DNA from: Callorhinchus milii
Lineage: Eukaryota
Length of the DNA stretch: 64,000 bases
Reading direction: 5' to 3'
NCBI RefSeq assembly: GCF_018977255.1
Contig: NW_024704742.1
Location: 70,682,001-70,746,000, forward strand
Below, in pieces: positions 13,801-57,870 of the stretch. Position numbers and translations under genes: made by a program. The notes beneath the pieces were generated by a model. That model was not told the origin of the DNA, searched no databases, and saw only the letters and a program-made list of their open reading frames with translations. Numbering within the stretch: position 1 is the first letter of the stretch; the number at the start of each line of letters is the position of its first letter.

Positions 13801-14910
13801 ATATCAAATGCAAGGATTATTATTAACAGTCATAGTCTAAGCTGATGCTGCAGTATAGGCTTGGGGGGAGCGCTGTAATGTCGAAGGGGCCCTCCTTCAA
13901 ATGAGACATTAAAACCTAGGTCATGTTATGCCTGTTCAGGTGGATATATTAAAGATTATTAAAGATCCCACGATGCAATTGGAAAAGAGAAGGGAGTTTT
14001 CCTCTCCCAATATGCTGGCCGACAATCCCACAGATATATTAGTCAATCATGCCCATTTGTGGGATTTTAACTTCTCATCTGAAGGATGGCTTCTCTGACG
14101 CTGGAACGCTCCCCCACCAGCACTACACTGGACCGACATGGGAACTTTGTAACTCAAAGATGTGACTGCCTCCGACTGAGCCAGGCTATGTATGGAAAGG
14201 CTGCATTATTGGTGACGCTTTCTCCTCTGTAAACAGAGCTGGTTACCAGGAAGGTTGTTAGAGGCAGAGACACTGGTAAGAAACAGATCAATACCGTAAA
14301 ACTCTTATCTTTGACTCTAATTCTCTGCACCTCCTTCCCACTCACCCCAGCCACCTTTATCACTGCTATTTGCAGTCTACAATTGCAGCTATTAATCCTA
14401 ATAACAACATTTATTTATAAAAAACTTGCAATTTATTTATAAATGCAAGTTGAACTCCACACAAATGCATTACATTGCATTTATGTGGAGTCCTGTAGCT
14501 CATCGGTTAGCGCACTTACCTCACAAGCGAGAGACCTGTGTTCAATTCCTGGCAGGGCAAAACGTTTGGTAAGTGTCCTTACTCCACACGCCTCTGTTTA
14601 CCTAGCAGTAAGTAGGAACCTGGTTGTTAGTCGACTGCGGATGGCTTTTCCAGGGGAAATAATTCCTTAAAAAAATAAGAATAGATTGGTCTCTCAATCC
14701 ACAACTGTTTGTGGGACACTGCTATGCACGATTGGCTGCTGTGTTTCGCCCACAAAATATACAGTCCATTCATTTTACTGTATATTCTGTGAAGCACTTT
14801 GAGACATCTCGAAGACGTGATAAGGCATTATATCAAATGCAAAGATTATTATTATTATTATTTAGCACCCTTCACATAAAATGGTGTTCAGAGCACCTCT
14901 ATCTATTTAA

Positions 14911-15366
14911 AGGTGTCTTTGCTAATATCAGACTATATGAAAGTGTCACTGCTAATATCAATCTATATAGGGGTGTCACTGTTAATATTAATAATTAACA
15001 TTAGGCTGTATACAGGTGTCACTACTAATATCAGGCTACGTAGGGTGTCACTGTTAACTATGAATAATTAATAATAGACTATGAAGAAATGTCACCGTTA
15101 ATATTAATAATTAATATTAGACTATATAGCGGTGTCACTGTTAATACCAGCCTGTATAGCGGTGTCACTGCTAATAACAGGCTATATAGCGGTGTCACTG
15201 TTAATACCAACTTATATAGCGGTGTCACTGCTAATATCAGACTATATAGCAGTGTCACTGCTAATATCAGACTATACAGCAGTGTCACTGCTAATATCAG
15301 ACTATATAGCGGTTTCACTGTTAATACCAGCCTATATAGCAGTGTCACTGCTAACATCAGACTATA
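14911..15366. repeat. 30-bp minisatellite (GGTGTCACTGYTAATAYCAGACTATATAGC), roughly 13-14 copies
   Basis: Clear 30-bp periodicity at 15121-15366, more degenerate upstream. Confidence 0.92.
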
Positions 15367-16726
15367 AAATAATGATCCTTGCATTTGATATAGCGCTTTA
15401 TCACATCTTTGAGATGTTTCAAAGCATTTCACAGAATATACTCTGAAATGAATCGATTGCATATATTGTTGGCCAAACGCAGCAGTTAACTGCACACAGC
15501 AGTGTCCCACAAACAGTTGTGGATTGAAGTGACAAATTTATTATTTTTTTAAAGTAGTTATTACCCCAGGAAAAACTATCTGCCAATCGACTAATAACTG
15601 GATTCCTACTTACTGCTAGGCAAACAGAGCTGTGTGGAGTAAGGAAACTTGTCCAACATTACGCCCTGATTCACAGACCAGAGTGCAACCAACTGAACCA
15701 GGCTGACACATGCAACACAATCCATACCCATATGATAATAATCCTTGCATTTGATACAGCACCTTATCGCATTGTCAAATTATCTGAAAGTGCTTCAGAG
15801 GATGTGCTGTAAAGTGGATTGCCTGTGCATTTTGCGGACAAACCCAGCAGCCAGTTTATGCACAGCAATGTCCCGCAAACAGTCATGGAGTGAGTGACCA
15901 ATACTGTTTGGGGAGGAATTGTTGGCCAGGACACCGGGAGAGAGAAACTCCCTTCTCTTTTTGAATAGTGCAATGGGATCTTTAACAGCCACCTGAACAC
16001 ACAGATGGGACCTCGGTTTAATGTCTCATCCGTAGGACGGCACCTCTAATAATGCAACAGCCTCCAATACTACACTGGAGCATCATCTTAGACAATATGA
16101 TTTGAAGCCCTGACTCCAGTCCGAGACAACCTTCTCACTCAGAGAGTACTACCACTGGCGAGAGTACTACAACTGAGCCAGGCTGACACACTACATTATA
16201 TACAGTGGATGCTTGTTTCTTAATAAGATCTTGACTTATCGGAAAGGAAAATTGATAATTTGAACTGATGGGGGAGAAAATAACTGGGAAAGATATATAT
16301 TGTTTAATTAAATAAAGTCGTCTTTTTACAAGGATATTTTCATATAAAAAGGCAGAAAAATGCCTGCAATGTTTGAATGTATTTTTCAATAAATTCAACT
16401 CACTTCAATGTGAAGGTCTTTCTTTCTTCCTTTATACTATCCCAATTTATTTACAATCTATTCAGAAAGTTTGGTTATGACTGTAGAGGGGGAGCGAGCA
16501 CCAGCACAGACACAATGGGGAAAAAACAAGGAATGGGAACAGAGTAGAGAGCTCCAGTGCGGGAGTGAGCACCAGCACAGATGAGATAGGGAAAGAACAG
16601 GGAATGGAATTACCGTAGAGATTGACTTCGTATTTTGTGGGCGAAACGCGGCAGTCAATTTTGCACAGCAGTATCCCACAAACAGTCGTGGATTGAGTGA
16701 CCACAATTTTGCTGGAGGGATTATTA

Positions 16727-19700
16727 CAACAACAACTTGCTCTTATATAGCGCCCTCCATGCAGGATAGCATCTCAGAACGCTTAACTGTGGCGGAGCCT
16801 GACTCTGAGCTAGAGGGAGGGGGAGGTGGTCATAAGCACGGTTGAACTGGAAAGTCTTCAGGTGGGACTTGAAAAAGGGGAGCGAGGGGGCAAGGTGGAG
16901 GAATTGAGGGAGAGTGTTCCAGATTTTGGGGCATAGTGGCTGAAAGCACGTCCTCCGATGGTGGGGCAGAAGGTGCGAAGGACGATCAGGAGGCCGGTGC
17001 CAGTCGAACGGAGGCGCCAGGTGATGGATTGGGGAGTGAGGAGGTTGAAGAGGTTGGGAGGTGCCAGGGAGTGAATGGATTTGAACACAAGTATGAGGAT
17101 CTTGACGTCGAGCTGTTTGGTGTTGGGAAGCCAGCAGAGCCTGGCCAGAACTGGTGAGATGTGGATACAGAGTTTGGTCTGTATGTGGGCAGTAGAGTTT
17201 TGAATGAGCTGGAACTTTTGAATAGTGGAGCTGGGGAGACCTTTGAGGAGTGCGTTTGAGTAACCCAGGCGGGAAGTGACAAATGCATGTACAAGGGTTT
17301 CAGATGCATTTGGGGTAAGATACGGTCGGAGGCAGGCAATGCGGTGGAGGTGGAAAAGGTGGTCATGGTCAGAGACCAGATGTGGGGCAGGAAAGACAGC
17401 TGGGGGTTGAACTAGATGTCTAGGTTGCGCACTGGTTCGGTGAGTCTGAGGGAGAGCCCAGGAAGGTTGAGGAGTTCAGATCCACAGGAGTAAAGAAGTT
17501 GACGGGAGTCAAGGAGTATGGCTTCCGTCTTGTCCACATTCAGCTGCAGGAAGTTTGCCCTCATCCAGGGCCTGATGTCTGCCGACAAGCTAATAGAACA
17601 TCGGCAGATGTGGAGTTGGTACTGGAGGAGGCAAAGTAGATTTGTGTCATCCACATACATGTGGAAGTTTACCCCATGTCTGCAGATGACATCACCCAGA
17701 GGGAGCACGTAGATGAGGAAAAGAAGAGGGTCAAGGATGGAGCCCTGGGCTACTCTACAGGTGACCGGGAGGGGGCGGGAAGAGAAACCATTTGCTGAGA
17801 TGAAATGGAGGCGGTTGGTTAAGTAGGACTCAAAGCATGTGAGTACGGTCCCACTAAGGTGGATGAAGGAGGAAAGGCAATGGAGGAGGATGGCCTGGTC
17901 GACTATGTCAAACGTGGCAGAGAGATTCAGGAGGATGAGGAGGCAGAGGGAGATAGAGAGGACATTGTTTGTGACTTTGACAAGCTCTGTCTCTGTGCTG
18001 TGGGGGGCAGGGCAAAAAACAGACTGCAGGGGCTCAAGGAGGGAGAGGTGTGACTGAAGTTGACCTGCAACAATGTGTTCCAAGACTTTGGCAAGGAAGG
18101 GTAGGTTGGAAATGGGATGGAAGTGTGAGAGATTAGAGGGATCGAGGGTGGNTTTTTTGAGGAGGGGTGTGATGACAACGGTTTTCAGGGGGGAGTGAAA
18201 CAGAGCCTGAGGTGAGACACTAGTTGACCGTGTCGGCCAGCAGGGGGGAGAGGAGGGGGTGTTGAGTGACCAGCATCTGGGTGGGGAGGGGATCAAGGTA
18301 GCAGGTGGTGAACTTCATCCAAGTGATTTTGGTTGAGAGGGAGGAGGGAGAAATGGGGGCAAAGGATTGTAAGGAGGGGGGAGTGGCAGGAGCCTTGGTG
18401 GAGGGAGAAGTTGGATTGGATGGTCTGGGTGGGGTGGAAGGGAACATGGTAGGGGGGGAACAATGCAGCCAAGCAGACGTTTTAATTTTTGAGGCAAAGA
18501 AGTCTACGACCTCTTCGCACTTGAGGATAGAGGGGGCTTGAGGGGGTGCACGGAAGAGGTGATGGATGGTGGAAAACTGCGTCTTTGGATTGTTGTTTGC
18601 CTCCAAGATGACATTGGAGTAAAAGACAGTTTTGGCCTGTGTACCGGGGTGGGTGGATTTGGAGACAACCCTGGATTTCAAGGGAAACCAGGGAATTGAA
18701 GGTTGTGGAGAGATGGTCATTCAGCAGCTTGACGGCTGCATCAGGATCACTGTGGGTGGAGGGCCAGAGGGAGAGGTGGTCTGAGGAAGAGAGGGCATTT
18801 GTGAGGGATACAGGGGGAAGCTTTCTCTAGGGGTGGAAAAAAAAGGTGGAGGGTTTGGAAGAGGGGAGGGGGATGTGGGAAGAGAGGGAGATGAGGAAGT
18901 GGTCTGAGATGGGCTTGTGATTGACAGGTCGAGGTCGAGGGAGTGGCCATGTTCGTGGGTCAGTGAGTTGATGTGGAGGGTGAAGTTTAGGGAGGAGAGG
19001 AGGGCAGTGAAAACCAAGGAGGTGGTGCAAGGGGAGTTTAGGTGGAGGTTGAAATCACCCATTATGAGCAGGTGTTCAGTGCGGAGGGACAGGGATGAGA
19101 AGAGATATCAGTGAGGAAGCAGTCAGGAGGTTTTGGGGGCGGTAAACTAGGAGGATTTTGAGGTAGAGAGAAGAGGGATGGTAGAGGGTGAGATGCTCAA
19201 AGGAGGAGAAACAGTCAGAAGAATATGGGTATAGACCAAGGGAAGCTTGGGAGATGAAGGCCACCTCCCCGCCACATTGGTTGGGGTGGGGCTGTGGTGA
19301 AAATTATAGCCAGGAGGGGAAGCTTCAACGAGGGGGACGGGGTCACCGGAGAAGAGCCAGGTTTTTGTAAGCCCAAGAATATCAATATTCTCATCCAGGA
19401 TGAGGTCATGGATTGTAAGGGCTGTGTTGGAGAGGGAGCAGATATTTTGGAGGGAAATGTGGAAAGGTTTGCTGGTGGGCGGTGGTGATGGGGAGTATGG
19501 TTTAGAGACGATTTGATGTCGTGGGGGAGAAATGACCATGGATTTTGAGAAGTAGAGAGAGTTGGAGAAGGTATGGATGAGGGAGGGGGAAGGAGCGTTT
19601 GCCTTTCGGAGGTCGTTGCTGCTGAGAGAGTGAGCGATGGGCCAGGTAGGATGGCTGCTCTGGGACAAACAATGCCAGAAGCCACAATGGGCCTGGTGGA

Positions 19701-19899
19701 GGATGCCCAGGTTGGAGCAGAGGGAGGTAATGGTGGAGTCCAGGAGAGAGAGAAGGCGAGGAGGGCAGTGGGACAGAAGGACAGAGTGTGAGTAGCGGAG
19801 TGTGGGGGGTGGGAGCTTGGATCAGGGCGGCAGCCAAAACATGCACACAGAGACTGGGAGCGAATGATCAGCGGGACAGCATCAGCCTGCAGGCTTCAA
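16727..19899 (-). mobile_element. L2-clade LINE, long decayed copy inserted inside a SINE
   Basis: APE (LQNICSL, GLTKTWL, MGDFNLH) and RT (PISNLPFLAKVLE, QGSILDP, YVDDT) remnants with frameshifts; (TTG)n tail at 16727; host SINE halves at ~16620-16726 and ~19900-20000. Confidence 0.9.
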
Positions 19900-21714
19900 A
19901 CCCCCAGAAAATGATCAGCCAATTGACTAGCAACCGGGTTCCTGCTTACTATCTGGAAAACAGAGGCACGTGGAGCAAGGAAACTTGCCAAAGGTTTCAG
20001 TCAGAGCCTTAGCTTGCCTAATCGTTGCTCACCACTCGTCCCTCTAATACTGGAATCTCCCTCTTTGCTCTCCTCTGCCTCCAGCAATCATTGGGGACAA
20101 CCTGGGGTGATGAAACGTGACTCTCTTTGTCTACCCCAACACAAGGCGAGTGAACCTAAGCAAAGACAGGCCTAATGAAAACAACACCTCCCGCATTCTG
20201 TGTTGACTTTAAATAGTTTGTTTAGTCTACAATGCGCACTGTGAATCTGTATGGTTTATTCATGAGAATGGATGTTTTCTGTTACGCTGCAGTTCTGTGG
20301 GTGACTGTGGTTCATCTCAATCACATTTCGGACTATTCACAGGACTTTTGATGTGTTTAATGAAATAACTAGCATTATAGAACTCACATGAAGTCTTGAA
20401 TGTTCAGTAATAATAATCCTTGAATTTGATATAACGCCTTATCATATTGTTAAGAAGTCTCATAGAGATTCACAGAATATATTGTAAAGTTGATTGATTG
20501 CGTATTTCATGGGCGAAATGCAGAAGTCTATTGCACACAGCAATGTCCCACAAACAGTCGTGGATTGATTGACCACATTTTTTTTGAGGGATTATTGTCC
20601 ACGGAAAGTGATCTGCCAATTGACTAAATATGATAAGGCATTATATCAAATGCAAGGATTATTATTACTGAACATTCTAGACTTCATGTGGGTTCTATAA
20701 TGCTAGTTATTTCATTAAACACATCAAAAGTCCTGTGAATAGTCCGAAATGCGATTGAGATGAACCACAGTCACCCACAGAACTGCAGCGTAACAGAAAA
20801 CATCTGTGTACTTACTGCTAGGTAAACAGAGGTGTGTGGAGTAAGGAAACTTGCTTAAGGTATCATCCCACCTCGGATCAAATTTGGATCCTCTTGCTTG
20901 CGAGGCGAGCATGCAACTACTATGCTAGGGGACGCCTGTCATAATATTAATAATAAATAATAAAGAATAATATTACTGGCATTTGCTAATAGCAGCTTTT
21001 ATATCAGGGAGAGGTCTCAAAATGCTTTCCAAGATTTCATTGTGAAGTGTAGTGACTATGTGCCGATCTACACACAGCGATGTTCTTGCAAACAGCCAGA
21101 AGGTGAATGATTCAATATTTAATCTAGGAGGATTGTTGGCAAGGACACCAGGAGAGAGATACTCCTTTCTCGTTTTCGAGTAGGGCCCGCGGAATCTTTA
21201 ACCGCCTCCTGAACAAGGCGCAGTTTAACGTCTCATCCAAAAGGTAGCACCTCTGACAATGAGACAGAGGCTGTGGTTCAAGCCCTATATTGGGGGACTC
21301 TGAGCTCACATTCTGGGTTGACACTTCAGTGCAGTGCAGGAGGGGTATTGTATTGCCCTAGAAAATCAGCCTGGACTGTGAGCTCAAAGTCCTCGACATA
21401 TGGAGGCTTAAACTCACAATTTGTGACCCAAAGGCAAGAGCACTACTAATTTGAGCTGAGTACAGATCAGCCATGATCTAATAGAATGGCGCAACAGGCT
21501 TGAGGGGCTGAATGGCCTACTCCTGTTCATATGTTCCTATATACTGACTGAGCCAGGCTGACACACGCTGATTATTTCTGGTCTGGGAGGGGTGGGGGAG
21601 GGAATGAGCGCAGAAATCTGCCTCTCTTCCAGTGACCAAAGGGAAAAATCAAATATCATCCAGATGCAACAGTTAAAACTTTCCTCTTTGGATAAAAGCA
21701 CACTTAGTACCCAC

Positions 21715-22115
21715 CGCCACAATTATTCCAATGTCCCCCTCGCCGGTCTCCCCATCTCCACCATTCATAAAATCCAATCAATTCAAAACTCTGCCACCCG
21801 TAACCTCACCCAGACCTGGCTCCACACAACCACCAACCCAGTCCTTGCCAGGCTCCACTGACTCCCTATTGCAGAATGGATCAATTTAAAAATCCTCAGA
21901 CTTATGTACAAATCTCTCCACCCCCTTGCACATCCCTACCTCTCCGACCTTCTACTCCCCACCAGACTACCAACCGCTTCCGCTTGACGGGCTCCGGCCT
22001 TCTGCACATCCCTCGCTCCCTCCACTCCACCATCGGAGGCCATGCTTTCAGCCACTATGCCCCGAGACTCTGGAATTTCTGCTTCAATCCCTCCATCTTA
22101 CCCCCTTGTTGCCCT
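21715..22115 (+). mobile_element. L2-clade LINE 3' fragment
   Basis: IQNSATRNL, LARLH, GGHAFSHYAPRLWN motifs. Confidence 0.8.
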
Positions 22116-22116
22116 T

Positions 22117-22492
22117 GTGGACTCCTGTAGCTCAGTGATTAGAGCACTTGCATTGCAAGCGAAAGACCTGCGTTCAATTCCCAGCAGGGCAAAATGTTGG
22201 GCAAGTTAACTTACTCCACACACCTCTGTTTACCTAGCAGTAAATAGGAACCTGGTTGTTAGTTGAATGGTGGATCACTTTTCCAGGGGTAATAATTCCT
22301 TCAAAAAAATTATTTGGTCACTCAATCCACGACTGTTTGTGGCACACTGCTGTGCACAATTGGCTGCCGAGTTTCGCCCACAAAATACATAGTCAATTCA
22401 CTTGACAGTATATTCTGTGAAGCGCTTTGAGACGTCTCAAAGATGTGATAAGGTACTATATCAACTACAAGGATTATTATTACTATTATTAT
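22117..22492 (+). mobile_element. SINE family A (tRNA-Ala-like head + CORE-like segment + Deu-like 3' segment + L2 tail), representative copy
   Basis: A box TAGCTCAGTGA, B box CGTTCAATTCC, GGGCAAGTT..CTCTGTTTACCTAGCAGTAA, GTTTGTGG.ACACTGCTGTG.ACAATTGGCTGCC, (ATT)n tail. Other copies at about 356-735(-), 3062-3386(+), 4105-4457(-), 10850-11141(-), 12296-12652(+), 14485-14860(+), 15368-15670(-), 24584-24925(-), 28350-28697(-), 30201-30592(+), 41245-41586(-), 45695-46060(+), 46790-47121(-), 50357-50707(-), 59955-60302(+), 61830-62200(+), 62575-62971(-). Confidence 0.9.
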
Positions 22493-23399
22493 ATTCAGAT
22501 CTCACCTAAAGAAATTCCTCTTCAACTGCGCTTACGGTCACCTTCCCCCTCCTCCCCGCTCAGTGTCAGGCTCCCCCACCGTTAAGCGCTCCAAGGCACT
22601 ACCCCATGTGAAGGTAACTGTGTAGCTGCATGGTGTTGTTGTAACGATTAATTTTAAAATAATGTGAGGTTAAAAATATGGCAGCAAGCGAGCTAGAAGA
22701 GGTCAGATCCACTGACTCAGAGAGGAGGGAGTGCCACCTGCTGGCGGTTATCAAAAGTTCCTCACTTAACATAAGGAACCATTTTGAAATTCCCACAAAT
22801 TTTACTCCTGATGTTTCTTAACAGGTTTGCTTTGATAATTAGCCCATGGAATCTGTTTGGAAAAGTCGCATTTTATGGTTACAGGAGAGAGAGAGGTCAG
22901 AGTTTGGGGGAGGGAAATAATCCCATCAATGCTAACATAGGAACAGCTCAAGGCAATTCAGCCACTTGGGACTGGTCCGCCATTCTATTAAGATCATATC
23001 TGATCTGTACCTCAACTCCAGGTCGTGGAATATTCTCTGGAAACAAATTCCAAGGGATTCTGTTCCCTGATTTCCAATTCATGATTCCATCTCTCGCTCA
23101 CGGCGTTCACTCGGAATAAAATACTGTTGGGGTCTCCCTCCATCTCAGGCCGTAACCATGGAAACCACCTCCCCTGACATGTCTGTCGGTACTTTAACGA
23201 TTAACCCCAGTCACTGTGATCGCTGCTCAAACCCCGGCAGCCCAGGGTTTTCCATTTTAAACTCCAAGTTTACAATTTCCATTTATTGCCAATCTATAGT
23301 CAATCTGAGAGGCGCTCACCTGATCAATAACCTGCCACTGTAAAGGCCAAGCTCCCAATTCCCATCCTCCCATCCCGCACGCCCCCTCACCCCCCCCCC

Positions 23400-23800
23400 C
23401 CCCACACACACATACATATACACATATACACTCATACACACACACATACATATACACACATACATTTCAATACATATAGACACATACACAGACTCACGTA
23501 TATACCTACAGACACACAAACATAGACATACACACACACAGACACACATAAGTATACACACAAACACATACACACAAATATATGGACACACACATAAACA
23601 TATACACACATATACATACACACACATAAATACACATACACAAAAAGTACACACACATATATGTGCAGACATATGCATATGTACACACAAATAAATACAC
23701 ATATACAAACCTACACACACGCACATACATATTCACACGCACAAACATACACACACATACACTCACATTTGCACAATCATACGCACATTCCCAAACATAC
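23400..23800. repeat. Degenerate (CA/TA)n microsatellite (similar GT-rich tract at 6005-6170)
   Basis: Direct inspection. Confidence 0.9.
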
Positions 23801-25751
23801 AACAATAGCAACATATGTGGGGCCCTTCACATCAAGAGTTACAGCGCTGTGACTTTGACGCTGATCAAAATAGCCGCTGCATTTGCCGAACTAAAAACAG
23901 CCACTACACTTGACAGGAAGCACTGAGAAGCGCTTTGAGATACTGGGCCATCGGTGAAGCTTTATCAAACACAATTCCTTTCTCCTTTCCCCCCCAATCT
24001 CTCTCTCTTTCTCGCCCCCCACCCCCCTCTCTCTCTCTACAATCTGCCAGTGCAGCCCAGCCAGTCCCAGCTCTGATCCTCCACTGTCCCCTTACGCTCA
24101 AATAATAAATTAACACTGGGAAAAACTAATGAGTTTATGGAGCATTAGGGGATTGAACTAATAAACTGCCTGATTTCAGTCTAAGAGAGAGAGAGAAAGA
24201 GCCAGAGAGAGTGAGATAGAGCGAGAAATACAGAGAGACAAAGAAAGACAGAAAAAAAGACACAGAGCGACACACTCACAAACATAGAGGGAGACAGAGA
24301 TACACAGACAAAGTGAGACACACAAGCACATATACAGTCAGGGAGATATGGATAAAAACAGCCAACAACAACAAAATTACATTTGTATAGCAGAATGAGA
24401 GAGAGTGAAAGAGACAGAGAGATAGACAAAGAGATGCAGATATAAGAGTGCGAGAAAGTGAGAGAGATATAAATGCAGAGAATACAGACAGAGACAGAGA
24501 TAGATACAAAGACACAGAGAGATATAGATACAGACAGGGAGAGATACAGAGACAGAGGAGAGATACAATAACTTGCATTTGTATAATAATAATCCTTGCA
24601 TTTGATATAGCGCCTTATCATGTCCTTGAGATGTCTCAAAGCACTTCACAGAATCTATTGGAAAGTGAATTAACTGTTTATTTTGTGGGCGAAACGCACT
24701 AGCCAATTGTGCACAGAAATATCCCACAAACAATCGTGGATTGAGTGACCGAATTTTTCTTGAGGAATTATTACCCCCGGAAAGCGATACGCCATTCGAT
24801 TAACAACCAGGTTCCTACTTGCTGCTAGATAAATAGAGGCATGTGGAGTAAGAAAACTTGCCCAAGGTTTTGCCCTGCCCGGGGATCAATCCCCAGTCCT
24901 CTCGTTTGGGAGGCAAATGCTCTAACTTCCACATTGGCTGACAGGCATCAAAGAGAAGAAGCTGTACTTTCTCTCCCTTCTCAATGTATGTGTGTGTCCG
25001 AGTGTGTATGTATATGAGTGTATGTGTGAGTGTGTGTATATTTGTGCTTGTGAGTGTGTTTTGTGTGTGGATGGATACTGAGAGCATAAGGTAATGGCTA
25101 AGACTTGCTTCTTTTAACACGTGGTGGGACGAAATTGAAATTGGAAGCATCTGGTCAGTGGCAATAACAGCAGGAGCGAGGTTACTTTTTTACAAGCCTG
25201 TCGCTTTAAAGGCAGGAGTGAGAGAGCGAGAGAAAGAAAGGGGGAGGGAGGGAGGAAGGGAGGGAATTCTGACTGGGACCCCCCAACACTCAACTCTTCA
25301 CATTTCCCATCATGTCTGTGTTGGTGCTCACTCCCCAACTGGAGCTCTCTACTGTAATCCCACTCCATGCTCTCTCCCAATCGTGCCTGTGCTGGTGCTC
25401 GCTTCCCCACTGGAGCTCCCTGATGTGAGTCAATAGATTTCTCTTTGCCGGGTGGGAAGCCATCATCCTGCAGACAAATCCCATGGGAATCACAGTCTCG
25501 TCTTCTGTCTCCCCTCCCATCCCCCTCTTCCTGGTGCCAAGTGATGGCTATCTGTCAGACAGACAGCAGCAGCTGTGGGGAGGAGGAAGGGGGGATATTT
25601 GATCGGTGACAGGTCGGACACGCCGCCCACTCCCACGTGGCTCACATTCTTCTCTAATTTGTTTCGTACATTCTTTGTTAAGCAAACAGCTGCCTTCACT
25701 TAACAAACATTTGCGTCGGTCTCGCTCCCATACATTGGGAATCCCACCTCT

Positions 25752-26137
25752 CCCTAACATCAACTCTATACCCTAACCCTAATGCCAAACCCTAACCCCT
25801 GACCCTAACACCTAACCTACCCCTAATCCCTCACACTAATTCCTCAACCTAACTCCTAAACTTTAACCCTAAGCCCTAATGATAAACCCTAATAATAATA
25901 ATAATAATCCTTGCATTTGATATAGCACCTTATCATGTAGTTGAGACGTCTCAAAGCACTTCACAGGATATACTGTAAAGTATATTTTGTGGGTGAAATT
26001 AATCCATGATTCCTCACCCTAACCACTAACCCCAATTCCTAACACCCTAAACTTAAACACAAACCATAACCACCTAATCATCACCATAACCACTAACCCC
26101 TCACCCTAATCATCTCCCTAACCCCTAACCCTAACTC
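25752..26137. repeat. Degenerate (CCCTAA)n telomere-like tract interrupted by a SINE tail
   Basis: Many CCCTAA/CCCTAAC variants on both sides of a SINE piece at ~25893-26000. Confidence 0.75.
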
Positions 26138-26932
26138 CAGGTTAGTCTCAAAGCGCTTCACAGTATTTCACTTCAAATTAGAAGCAGCTGTGAAATCCAT
26201 GCAATCTTTAATGTCCAATTGAACAGAACATATTGGGCCTCGGTTTAACATCTCATCTGAAGGATGGCACTACCACAATGTAACACTCCTTCCAGTACTG
26301 TAGTGGATTGCCAGCCTAGACGATGTGATTTGAAATCCTGACATGGGGCTTCAGCCCACAACCTTCTGACTATTGCACCCCCGCCACCCCCCAACACCAG
26401 ATGAGAGCTCAGGAATTTCAGGGCTAGAGACAAAGCACGGAACTGGAGCCAGCCAGGAACTCACTATGAGATTGATTTGGTTCCAAAATGAGGTTTCACT
26501 TACAGAGCACCTTACACACATTATAACGTTTCAGAGCATTTCATAGTGATGGAGTTGGATGCCAAGCCAGTGATGTTGGTGGGTGGGTGGGTGGGGGGGA
26601 GAGGTGCGACTGAAGAGTTAGGTCTTCAGAAGATAGTTTGAGAGGGGAAGAGACAGGGAGTTCCAGAGCGTGGAGGTGCAATGACAGAAAGCACGGTCAT
26701 TGAGCGGGGTGGGGGGGGCAACAGGCATCAGGTAAGAGCAGGTCAGAGAGGTCGGGAGGTGCTGTAGTGTGAAGGGAGCCCCCAGGATAAGGCACACAGT
26801 CCGAACACAACAATCAAAACACGACCACAAAACGCCCCCGCAAGACGAGGAGTCACCATCCTCTCCTCCCGGAGGAATTCTGCACTATTCCGAGAGGAAT
26901 TCCACATTATTCCCAGAAGCCATGTTTTCCTA

Positions 26933-57682
<30,750 letters not shown>

Positions 57683-57870
57683 CAGCCCAGCTTTTCGGTA
57701 GGGAGTTTTGCTTTACAAACGTCCCGACTCTCTCTCTCTCTCCTCTCTCCTCTCTCTCCTCTTTTCCTCTCTCTCCTCTCTCTCACTCTCTCGATCGTCC
57801 AATTGACTGGTATTCACAGCGTGACAATTATTCATTAATATTATTAATGTTATTTGGGGCGAGAGCAAAA
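57683..57870 (-). promoter_or_regulatory. Probable 5' UTR / proximal promoter of the EBF gene
   Basis: Non-mobile sequence directly upstream of the ATG, with a GA-rich tract and an AT-rich block containing CCAATTG and TAAT/ATTA motifs; TSS not determinable from sequence. Confidence 0.5.

Noticed and set aside
14911..15366. CRISPR-like regular repeat
   Set aside because: No unique spacers, no cas genes, vertebrate intron; it is a minisatellite
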